Assembly (NCBI GenBank): GCA_963801995.1
Contig: CAWDGW010000017.1
Span: 27,690-91,689 of the forward strand
Direction of reading: 5' to 3'
Length of the DNA stretch: 64,000 bases
Source of the DNA: an uncultured Holophagae bacterium
GTDB lineage: Bacteria; Acidobacteriota; Thermoanaerobaculia; Thermoanaerobaculales; Sulfomarinibacteraceae
Below the pieces are notes generated by a model that saw nothing but the letters and a program-made list of their open reading frames with translations, was not told where the DNA came from and did no database searches. A program made the translations under genes and the position numbers. Positions 9,392-16,424 of the stretch are shown here, piece after piece (the stretch's first letter is position 1; every line of letters starts with the position of its first letter).

Positions 9392-9684
9392 ATGCCGGAG
9401 GTCGGATCACCATTCAGGGTTGGCAAACGACAAAAGCTCACAGACGAGGAACTGGTCAGAGCAATTGGCTTCATGGTGGCTGCAGAATACGAAGCGATCC
9501 AGCTGTACATGCAGCTTGCGGAGTCAACGGACAATAAACTCGCTACGGAAGTGCTCGAGGACATCGCGGACGAGGAACGTGTCCATGCCGGTGAGTTCCT
9601 GAGATTGCTCCGAGAGCTATCCCAGATGAAGAGAAGTTCTATGCCGAAGGGGCACAAGAAGTGGAAGAAGAAATCGCGAAATGA
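9392..9684 (+). CDS. small ferritin-like (EncFtn/rubrerythrin-like half-ferritin) protein; needs a 1-nt correction at 9621..9623
   Basis: The metal-site pattern AAEYEAIQLY ... DIADEERVHAGEFLRLL follows the ExxH type. After the C3 run at 9621..9623 the +1 neighbouring frame gives a sensible acidic tail, PDEEKFYAEGAQEVEEEIAK-stop (9682..9684). The track frame instead runs into the repeats. Confidence 0.6.
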
Positions 9685-9730
9685 AGTGAGGGAACCCCAA
9701 AATACTGCCAGCCAGAGGGTCCAAGTGATG

Positions 9731-9950
9731 GATTCGGTACCACGTATCTCACTGTTGCATTCCTGGACATCGGATTTGGTACCACGTATCTCACTGTTGC
9801 ATTCCTGACGCCCTACTCACCCCTTGCGTTGCGTCCCTCCCGCGCCGCGCAGGTGGGTCCATGGCGCGAAAACCACGAGTTTTCGTTGCCATTGGCATCC
9901 ACCGTATCGACGTCGAGATCGTGCAACAGTGAGATACGTGGTACCCATCG
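9731..9950. repeat. 35-bp repeat family: two direct copies and one inverted copy
   Basis: GATTYGGTACCACGTATCTCACTGTTGCATTCCTG occurs at 9731..9765 and 9773..9807 with a 7-bp gap. An inverted copy (gtgcaacagtgagatacgtggtaccc) lies at about 9921..9946. Confidence 0.8.
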
Positions 9951-9996
9951 AACTCGGTTATGGTGGGCGATGGCTGCGTTGCAGCTCTCGCTCATC

Positions 9997-10026
9997 AAAA
10001 GAACGCAGGGGCGTTCGCCCCTGCGG
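9997..10026 (-). terminator. rho-independent terminator of the 10057..10647 gene
   Basis: The minus strand reads ccgcaggggcgaacgcccctgcg followed by ttctttt, about 30 nt after the stop codon. Confidence 0.6.
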
Positions 10027-10056
10027 ATCGGTTGATTCAAGGAGTCCCCTGTCGGT

Positions 10057-10647
10057 CTACTCGACCGAGAACGACATCAGCTCCACGGGGACGATGTTCT
10101 GGCCGTAGACGGCGTCGTCTAACCTGACCTCATAGTCACTTGGGCTGGAGCAGAGGATATTGAATTGAACTGATTCCGCCGTTGCGGGGGCGACATGGCT
10201 CTCTAATGTCTCCTGCCATGTGGAGTCAACGACGAGAAGCGTGTCGAATTCATAGGCAAGAAAGAAACTGCAGCTTGTGTCGGTGTAGTAGTTTGCGCGA
10301 GCATAGCATGAGGTTTGACCGGACGCGATTTTGACTGAGAATCCCATGTCATAGGTCTCACCAGCGGTCACAGAAAAACACCCCTGTGCGATATGGACAT
10401 GATAGTTCGCGCCGTCGTACTGACCGTCCACCTCGATGCACCCGGCCGCCGTCGCGCCGTCGGCCGGCTGGTGCAGAAACGTGTCACCGTGAGTGAGCCA
10501 CCAATCGGTCAGATCGGTTGTGAAGTCGCAGTTGCTCAGGGAATTTCCCGCCTGATTGCAGTCCACGGCCCCGGCCGGTGCGGCGATCAGCCCGGTCAAC
10601 GCGATTAGCCCGATGATCATTGCGCCCCGATGTATCCCGTTCATCAT
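10057..10647 (-). CDS. secreted CBM4_9/jelly-roll-like protein ending in VPVELMSFSVE
   Basis: Signal peptide MMNGIHRGAMIIGLIALTGLIAAPAGA. The segment NCDFTTDLTDWWLTHG resembles the first strand of CBM4_9-type modules. The C-terminus is IVPVELMSFSVE-stop. Confidence 0.55.
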   Translation of the reverse strand: MMNGIHRGAMIIGLIALTGLIAAPAGAVDCNQAGNSLSNCDFTTDLTDWWLTHGDTFLHQPADGATAAGCIEVDGQYDGANYHVHIAQGCFSVTAGETYDMGFSVKIASGQTSCYARANYYTDTSCSFFLAYEFDTLLVVDSTWQETLESHVAPATAESVQFNILCSSPSDYEVRLDDAVYGQNIVPVELMSFSVE

Positions 10648-10951
10648 CTGAGTGCCTCCGTTTGAGTGAGAGTTCGGAATCTTTTCTGATCCAATTCTGG
10701 GATTGTATCACGTAATCAAAAAAGCGCGGATTCCTGAGATAAATATTCAATTAAAAGGAGGCGTCGGACGTTGAGGTCGTCTTTTCCCGGCCAACTCTCA
10801 AAGCATCAAAGCATGGGTGCCAGGTCCGCAGTTCCGTAGTTGTCAGGCCGTAACTGCGGAACTACGAACCTGGACCGAAGGAGGTATCCTTGGCAGATGT
10901 GCGATAATATGTTTTGGTGCTTATGTGCAAGATTGAAAAAGGAGAGCGACT

Positions 10952-11188
10952 ATGGCCCGTGTGACCATCAACCTGCCTGACGAGCTCCACCGCGCCCTCA
11001 AGGCTGCGGCGGCCAGACGCGGAAGCACCATCGGTTCGCTCGTGGCGGAGAGCCTCACCTCCTACGGCATCAAGAGCGCCGATGAGGCCGCCGACCTGGT
11101 GGCTCAGGCCCGCCGGTGCGCCGCCATGTCCGAGCACGACGCCCTCGCGCTCGCAGTGAAAGAGACCACCGGCGAACGAGTCCGATGA
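10952..11188 (+). CDS. ribbon-helix-helix antitoxin (VapB-like)
   Basis: MARVTINLPDELHRALKAAAARRGSTIGSLV is an RHH signature. Its stop overlaps the ATG of the PIN gene (ATGA). Confidence 0.75.
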   Translation: MARVTINLPDELHRALKAAAARRGSTIGSLVAESLTSYGIKSADEAADLVAQARRCAAMSEHDALALAVKETTGERVR

Positions 11189-11646
11189 CGGCGCGTGTCG
11201 CCGTTGTCGACACCAATGTGGTCGTGAGCGGGCTCTTGACCTCGAGTATCGACGCTCCCACCTCAAGGATCCTCGATTCCATGCTTTCCGGTGCGCTGCG
11301 GTTCGCCCTTTCCGTCGAACTGCTCGCGGAGTACAGGTCGGTCCTGCTTCGCAAGAAGATTCGATCGCGCCACGGGCTCGATGAGGCCCAGATCGACACC
11401 ATCCTGACCGCCGTTGCGGAGAACGCCGTCATCTGCGAACCCGCCGATCCACCCTCGTATCCCCCGGATCGCGGCGATCTTCACCTATGGGCCCTGCTCG
11501 CCGCCCGCCCGGGAACCGTCCTCGTCACCGGCGATCAGGCTCTCGTAGACAACCCCCCGAACTGGGCGTCGGTGGTCACACCGCGGACCTTTCTCTCCAA
11601 TCCAGTGCCAGGGCCGACAGGTATGACACTTCGCGCTCCGCCGTAA
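11185..11646 (+). CDS. PIN-domain toxin (VapC-like)
   Basis: MTARVAVVDTNVVVSGLL has the acidic PIN start, and later ...LVTGDQAL. The ATG at 11185 is in frame with track ORF 11116..11646. The 3' end runs into the REP at 11604. Confidence 0.8.
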   Translation: MTARVAVVDTNVVVSGLLTSSIDAPTSRILDSMLSGALRFALSVELLAEYRSVLLRKKIRSRHGLDEAQIDTILTAVAENAVICEPADPPSYPPDRGDLHLWALLAARPGTVLVTGDQALVDNPPNWASVVTPRTFLSNPVPGPTGMTLRAPP

Positions 11647-11687
11647 TCTACTCATCTGAAACTGTCAAAAATGTCGGCCCTGGCACC
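11604..11687. repeat. 84-bp REP element (forward orientation)
   Basis: AGTGCCAGGGCCGACAGGTATGACACTTCGCGCTCCGCCGTAATCTACTCATCTGAAACTGTCAAAAATGTCGGCCCTGGCACC. Confidence 0.9.
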
Positions 11688-11691
11688 TGGA

Positions 11692-12051
11692 TTAGGATTC
11701 AGGTTCGTCGTCGAGGGTCAGGAAAAAGGCCCGGTCGGAGATGAAGTGCACACCGCGCAGGGAAGGTTCTTGAAGGAAATCTCCCTCCGCGTCGGATGGA
11801 GGTTCGGTCCACGTGTCGGCTTGCAGCTGGACCAACCAGCCCGAGATTTCCGGTTCTCCCGTGATCATGTCCGCGAGGGTCTGTTCTACGAACGCAATCG
11901 CTTCAGCGTAGCTCGACGCCGTCACGCCGAACAGCTGATAGTATCCGTTGGCCGCATTCGGCGAGTCCTCGTCATCGGCGTCGAACTCCAGCGGCTCCTC
12001 GAGCGCCATTTCGATTTCGACGCGAAAAAAGCCCAGATCATCAGCGACCAT
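11692..12051 (-). CDS. small acidic hypothetical protein
   Basis: 119-aa ORF with GC-rich third positions and no recognised motif. It is bracketed by two same-orientation REP copies. Confidence 0.4.
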   Translation of the reverse strand: MVADDLGFFRVEIEMALEEPLEFDADDEDSPNAANGYYQLFGVTASSYAEAIAFVEQTLADMITGEPEISGWLVQLQADTWTEPPSDAEGDFLQEPSLRGVHFISDRAFFLTLDDEPES

Positions 12052-12132
12052 GTCGTCTCCTTGCTGTTCGAGCTCAGCGGACCGAAGCCGTGCCCCGGCC
12101 AGTTTGGGTCAACCGAGACGGGGTTTGAATTC

Positions 12133-12240
12133 ACTGCCAGGGCCGACAAGTATGACACTTCGCGCTCCGCCGTGATCTCCTGATCTGAAACTGTCAAAAA
12201 TGTCGGCCCTGGCACCTGGATTTCGGCACCTGGATTTCGG
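12133..12240. repeat. 84-bp REP element (forward) plus GGCAC-N9 tandem tail
   Basis: CTGCCAGGGCCGACAAGTATGACACTTCGCGCTCCGCCGTGATCTCCTGATCTGAAACTGTCAAAAATGTCGGCCCTGGCACC is followed by tggatttcggcacctggatttcgg. Confidence 0.9.
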
Positions 12241-12251
12241 CCGCTGCGGCT

Positions 12252-13004
12252 TCAGCTTTCAGCGAGAGGATGGGCGAGAAGGTCTGCGACGAGGCGGAAG
12301 ACCTGGGGTGAGTTGACCATGCCGAGGTGACTCGAGTGGATTTCATGGTGCTGGACAAGAGGGTTGTCGAAACGATCGATGCACGCGCGCCAGGCGACGA
12401 CGCCGTCGGAGCGGCTGTAGACGGCAAACACCGGGACGGTGATTGATCGGCGCTCGCGTTCGAGGACTCCCTCCCTGATCTCTTTTAAATCGTAACCTTT
12501 ACGAACGTATCTTGACGCCGTGGCGGTGTATGACGGGCCTCCCACGATGGGCGCGCCAAGAGTGACAACCCGTTCGACAATCTCCGGCTGCTCGCGAGCG
12601 ACCTCGCGCGCGAGGTAGCCACCGAGGCTCCATCCGATGAGGCGCACCGGATGTCCGCAGTCCTTCTCCAGGCGCTCGGTCTGTTGGATCATCGCCGGAA
12701 TGAGCTTTGGAACATTCCCGCGATTGCGACCCAGCCCCCAACCGACCGCGTTGTAGCCGATGGTGGTCAAGAAATTGCGCAGCCGCGTGGTCCACCCGTC
12801 GTCGGTCGCGAAACCCGGCACGACCATCACGGGCTCCCCGTTCCCTCGAGGAGCCTCGGCGCGAATTTTCTCAGTCGTGGCGCGGAGCGCCAGGTGCTCG
12901 ATCAGCACTCGACACTCGCGTAGCAACTCCCACCGCGTCGGTGGCGCAAGCTCCCGCGCCTCGATATCGGGGGGTATCGCGCGATCAAAATCAACTGTTC
13001 TCAT
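12252..13004 (-). CDS. alpha/beta-fold hydrolase (esterase/lipase-like)
   Basis: 250 aa with the nucleophile elbow GWSLGG in HPVRLIGWSLGGYLA. Confidence 0.75.
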   Translation of the reverse strand: MRTVDFDRAIPPDIEARELAPPTRWELLRECRVLIEHLALRATTEKIRAEAPRGNGEPVMVVPGFATDDGWTTRLRNFLTTIGYNAVGWGLGRNRGNVPKLIPAMIQQTERLEKDCGHPVRLIGWSLGGYLAREVAREQPEIVERVVTLGAPIVGGPSYTATASRYVRKGYDLKEIREGVLERERRSITVPVFAVYSRSDGVVAWRACIDRFDNPLVQHHEIHSSHLGMVNSPQVFRLVADLLAHPLAES

Positions 13005-13160
13005 GGCGGCCTAATAACCCTTCGGCGAGCGAGGATATTCCGTCCGCATCGTCTGACCTGAAACTGATACGCTTTGTTGCCGGAAGCCGGTGAAACGGCT
13101 GGGCTAGAATTGGCCTGTCAAATCGTCAAGGCGAGAAATGTCTCCAGAGGGGGAGGACTG

Positions 13161-13556
13161 ATGCGTCATAACCACGTCTCTTTCGTTGTCGCAGCGACTG
13201 TCGCACTGTTCGTCGGGATGTCGGCGAACCTCGTCACGTCGTACGATCCTTTTGTTCAGGACGCTTTTCTTGAAGAGGGTCAAGAGCTGAGAGTAGCCAC
13301 CGACTGCGAGACCCACGAAGAGGTGGCCGTGTCGATTCAGAACCGGGGTGACGGGATCTGCAGGTGTTCGTTCACAGCGTTCAGGAATGGCGAAGAGCTT
13401 GCAGAGGAGGAGTTTGCCTCGTTTTCCGGTCGCACTGTGGAGATCCAGAAGAACTACAAGAAGATCGTGGGCTTCGACTGCGTCATGGAGGAGTTCGTCG
13501 TGCACATGGACGAGGGGAAGGCCGACATCCGGGTGTCACAGGTGTCGTACGAGTGA
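13161..13556 (+). CDS. membrane-anchored hypothetical protein
   Basis: ATG at 13161 after GGAGG. The N-terminal helix is HVSFVVAATVALFVGMSANLV. Part of track ORF 13074..13556. Confidence 0.45.
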   Translation: MRHNHVSFVVAATVALFVGMSANLVTSYDPFVQDAFLEEGQELRVATDCETHEEVAVSIQNRGDGICRCSFTAFRNGEELAEEEFASFSGRTVEIQKNYKKIVGFDCVMEEFVVHMDEGKADIRVSQVSYE

Positions 13557-13577
13557 CGCGCTAGACCCGGAGAAGTA

Positions 13578-13628
13578 CCAGGTTTGCGAACCTTGCGGAC
13601 GCCACTTCCGCAAGGTTCGCAAACCTGG
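13578..13628. repeat. perfect 22-bp-arm palindrome (hairpin)
   Basis: ccaggtttgcgaaccttgcgga cgccact tccgcaaggttcgcaaacctgg. It lies 22 nt after the stop of the 13161..13556 gene. No U-tract follows. Confidence 0.7.
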
Positions 13629-13872
13629 AGCCCAAAAATCGACAAACCTGTGGACCAGGATGATGAAGTTGACGATGCTGCCCCGCATGCCGTCGAGCAT
13701 GCTGATCTCAATCGCAGCGCCGGTCAGCCGCTCCACCAGCGGATCGATGACAACGACAGAGACCGTCTGGAGGACGAAACCCAGTCCGAGCGCGAGCGCG
13801 ATCGTCTTGGGCTCGAGGGCCGGGTGAAGCCGATCTCGGCGAAGCTGCCCTGGCGGATGCAGAGCAGCTTCG

Positions 13873-14373
13873 TCATGCCTGGGTCAGGTAACGCACCCTC
13901 ATCTCGTCGACCTGTTTCTTGAAGTCCGGGAAACGGCGCCACAGGTCCTTGTCACAGCCGCCCAGGTCCGGGCATTCGATGCAGCATTCGAGCTTTTTCT
14001 CACTCGCGCACGCCCTGACGGTGCAGTTGCCGACGACAACTCCCTCGGGTTTGCCGGGCGCCTTGCAGCCGTGGCAGATGGCGGTCTCCGGATTGAAGGC
14101 GATGTCGTACCGCTCCTCGATCTTCCACGCCTCGAAGGCTTGCCTCTTCAGCTGCTCATCGTCCTCAAGGGTCCCCAGCTTGAACTTGCAGTCTCCGGGA
14201 CAGGTGTAGCCGCAGAAGTTGAGTTCCTTCGGATCAAGCGCCGCTGTCGGTTGGCCCTTTGTGGCGTCGGCAAAGGTCGGAAAAACTGGACACAAGCATG
14301 CTCCGCACAACGCGATGCCCGCACGGGACCCTGCGACGAGAAAGTCTCGCCGGTCGAGATCGTTGCGTTTCAT
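13873..14373 (-). CDS. Cys-rich protein with twin-arginine signal (DUF3795-like from memory)
   Basis: MKRNDLDRRDFLVAGSRAG is a Tat motif. There are many CxxC/CC pairs (CGYTCPGDCKF, CHGCKAPG, ECCIECPDLGGC). Confidence 0.6.
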   Translation of the reverse strand: MKRNDLDRRDFLVAGSRAGIALCGACLCPVFPTFADATKGQPTAALDPKELNFCGYTCPGDCKFKLGTLEDDEQLKRQAFEAWKIEERYDIAFNPETAICHGCKAPGKPEGVVVGNCTVRACASEKKLECCIECPDLGGCDKDLWRRFPDFKKQVDEMRVRYLTQA

Positions 14374-14396
14374 GGATCAGCCCTCCCGCATTTCAG

Positions 14397-15080
14397 ATGC
14401 GGGAGGTACTGTGGCGACCGGCCATTTGTTTCAATTCCGACCCGGTAGATCAGACCGAATGGCAGAAACGGGGACGGGTCGAGTCTCGATCGGTGCATTC
14501 TATCCCCGTGCCGAAAAAAAACCTGGCGAAGGACGAGCTGTCGACGTTCGCGATCTGCAGGGTTGACCGGAGCTTCAACCCGCTCTCGCTGTACAAGACG
14601 ACGTGGGAGGGGAACAACCTCACGCAGCTTCACTCCGTCATCGATGGACTGGAGCTGTCAACCACCGTCCGCTTCGACGGCGAGACAGTAGACCAGAGCA
14701 TGTCGGCTCCCGGGCCCTTCTCGGTCACGGTGAGTCCCGTCCGTGTGGACGCGTTGCACTTCGCCCGCTACGACAACCAGGCCTCCCATGTCCTCGGTAC
14801 GGTTGCCGCCGGTGCCCAGCGCACCGACATCGGCCGCGCAGCGAGGACGCCACGCGACAGCGTGGGCATGAAACTCTTCATTCCCGTCAACCTCGAGTGG
14901 CTGGGTGAGGAAACGGTGACCGTTCCCGCCGGTCGATTCGTCTGCGATCACCATCGCATCGAGAAGCTGGTCGACATGTGGGTCCACGGGCCGGACTACC
15001 TGCTGGTCAGCTACCAGTGGCACCCCAACCAATACTTCTATGAGCTGGTGGAGTACGCCTTCGGACCCGCGCCGGACTGA
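14397..15080 (+). CDS. hypothetical protein
   Basis: Long GC3-rich ORF (track 14259..15080). I chose the first ATG that does not overlap the opposite-strand gene. No motif recognised. Confidence 0.4.
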   Translation: MREVLWRPAICFNSDPVDQTEWQKRGRVESRSVHSIPVPKKNLAKDELSTFAICRVDRSFNPLSLYKTTWEGNNLTQLHSVIDGLELSTTVRFDGETVDQSMSAPGPFSVTVSPVRVDALHFARYDNQASHVLGTVAAGAQRTDIGRAARTPRDSVGMKLFIPVNLEWLGEETVTVPAGRFVCDHHRIEKLVDMWVHGPDYLLVSYQWHPNQYFYELVEYAFGPAPD

Positions 15081-15171
15081 CGCGCCTTCGGCACCGACAC
15101 CGACCACTCCAAGGTATCGCCGTTCTCGAATCCGTCCGCGAAGATCGGCCCTGGCACTGACGTGTATCTGA

Positions 15172-16095
15172 TCAGTTGACCTTGAAAGTGACATCTCCGT
15201 GTTCGAAGAAGTTGACGATCTGGGTTGCGGCTGCCACGCCCGCGTTGATGTTGGCTTCTGCGGTCTGGGCACCCATCTTCTTGGGCGTGAAGAAATAGCG
15301 GCCTTCGTACTGAGCCACGATACCGTCCTTACAGGTTGGCGCAATGTCCGAGAGATAGGCGAAATCGTCGCGTTCGGCGAACACTTTCATGAGGCCATCT
15401 TCATCGATGACTCCAAGCCGGGCGGTGTTGATCAGCGTACCGCCCCGGGGCATCTTCGAGAGCAGCTCGAAGTTGATTGATTTTGTTGTCTGTGGGTTCT
15501 CCGGGATGTGGAGAGAGACGTATTGGCAGGTCTCGTACAGCTCTTCGACCGAGCTGACCGGCGTGACGTCGTCCCTTTTGATGACCTTGTCGTCAACGAA
15601 TGGATCGAACGCATACACATCCATCCCGAATCCGTGGGCCACTTTCGCAACAAAGATGCCGACGTTTCCATAGGCGTGGATACCGATCTTTTTGCCGCGA
15701 AGCTCGGTGCCTGGTTTCCCGTTGTAGTTGTTGCGTGCGCTCATGACCATCATGCCGAACACGAGCTCCGCCACGGCGTTCGAGTTCTGTCCTGGGGTGT
15801 TCATGGCGACCACGTTCTTCTCAGCGGCCTTGGCACAGTCGATATTGTCGTATCCCGCGCCTGCGCGGACGACGATCTTCAATTGTTTGGCGGCATCCAG
15901 AACTTCGGCGGTGACTTTGTCACTGCGGATGATCATCGCGTCCACGTCGACGACCGCCGCCAGCAGATCCGCTTTGTCCGTATAGCTTTCGAGAAGCTGG
16001 ACATCGTAATGTGCGGTTTCGAACACTTCTACGAGCTGTTCGACTGCCGCCGGTGAAAACGGTTTCTCGGTCGCTACCAGAACTTTTTTCGGCAT
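15172..16095 (-). CDS. D-isomer-specific 2-hydroxyacid dehydrogenase (phosphoglycerate-dehydrogenase-like)
   Basis: MPKKVLVATEK start after GGGAGG. The NAD fold is KIGIHAYGNVGIFVAKVAHGFG. The overall family pattern is present (RAGAGYDNID, NTPGQNSNAVAE). Confidence 0.85.
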   Translation of the reverse strand: MPKKVLVATEKPFSPAAVEQLVEVFETAHYDVQLLESYTDKADLLAAVVDVDAMIIRSDKVTAEVLDAAKQLKIVVRAGAGYDNIDCAKAAEKNVVAMNTPGQNSNAVAELVFGMMVMSARNNYNGKPGTELRGKKIGIHAYGNVGIFVAKVAHGFGMDVYAFDPFVDDKVIKRDDVTPVSSVEELYETCQYVSLHIPENPQTTKSINFELLSKMPRGGTLINTARLGVIDEDGLMKVFAERDDFAYLSDIAPTCKDGIVAQYEGRYFFTPKKMGAQTAEANINAGVAAATQIVNFFEHGDVTFKVN

Positions 16096-16144
16096 CGGAT
16101 CCTCCCTGTTGGCCCGACTTGGCAATGTAACACAATGTCAACTC

Positions 16145-16408
16145 AGTGCCAGGGCCGACACTTGAGCTTCTTGCAAAACCCCCATGGCTGTCATCCTGAG
16201 CGGAGCGGGCCGAAGGGTCGCGGAGTCGAAGGATCTCAACCGGCGCAGAGGCGTGATGCTTGCCCAGTAGCTCTCTTCTCAACTTGTGGAGACCCTTCGA
16301 CTCGCTCGTCGAACTCGCTCGCTCAGGGTGACAGGAGGGAGCGGTATCGATCAAACATCGCCGAACTTAGGGTTTTGCAAGAAGCTTACTTATGACACTT
16401 CGAGGTGG
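16145..16408. repeat. REP half-site interrupted by MITE copy B (16164..16387)
   Basis: AGTGCCAGGGCCGACACTT | GAGCTTCTTGCAAAACCC...GGGTTTTGCAAGAAGCTT | ACTTATGACACTTCG. ACTT is present on both sides of the insert. The insert is ~90+% identical to 5496..5727. Confidence 0.8.
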
Positions 16409-16424
16409 TTCGCCACCACGTCGT

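Noticed and set aside
9731-9807. Possible miniature CRISPR array (two identical 35-bp direct repeats)
   Set aside because: There are only two direct copies, the gap is 7 bp (far too short for a spacer), the third copy is inverted, and no cas genes are nearby. I treated it as a REP/MITE-like repeat.
9392-10050. An encapsulin nanocompartment operon around the ferritin-like gene
   Set aside because: There is no HK97-fold shell-sized ORF adjacent on either side. The downstream sequence is repeats and a terminator, and the protein lacks a recognisable C-terminal targeting peptide.
13640-13880. Minus-strand membrane-like coding signal (PKTIALALGLGFVLQTVSVVVIDPLVERLTGAAIEISMLDG...)
   Set aside because: The frame opens right after a stop at ~13885 and has no ATG/GTG/TTG until MERLTG (13736). 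It is probably a gene fragment. I could not assign a family, so I did not call it as a feature.
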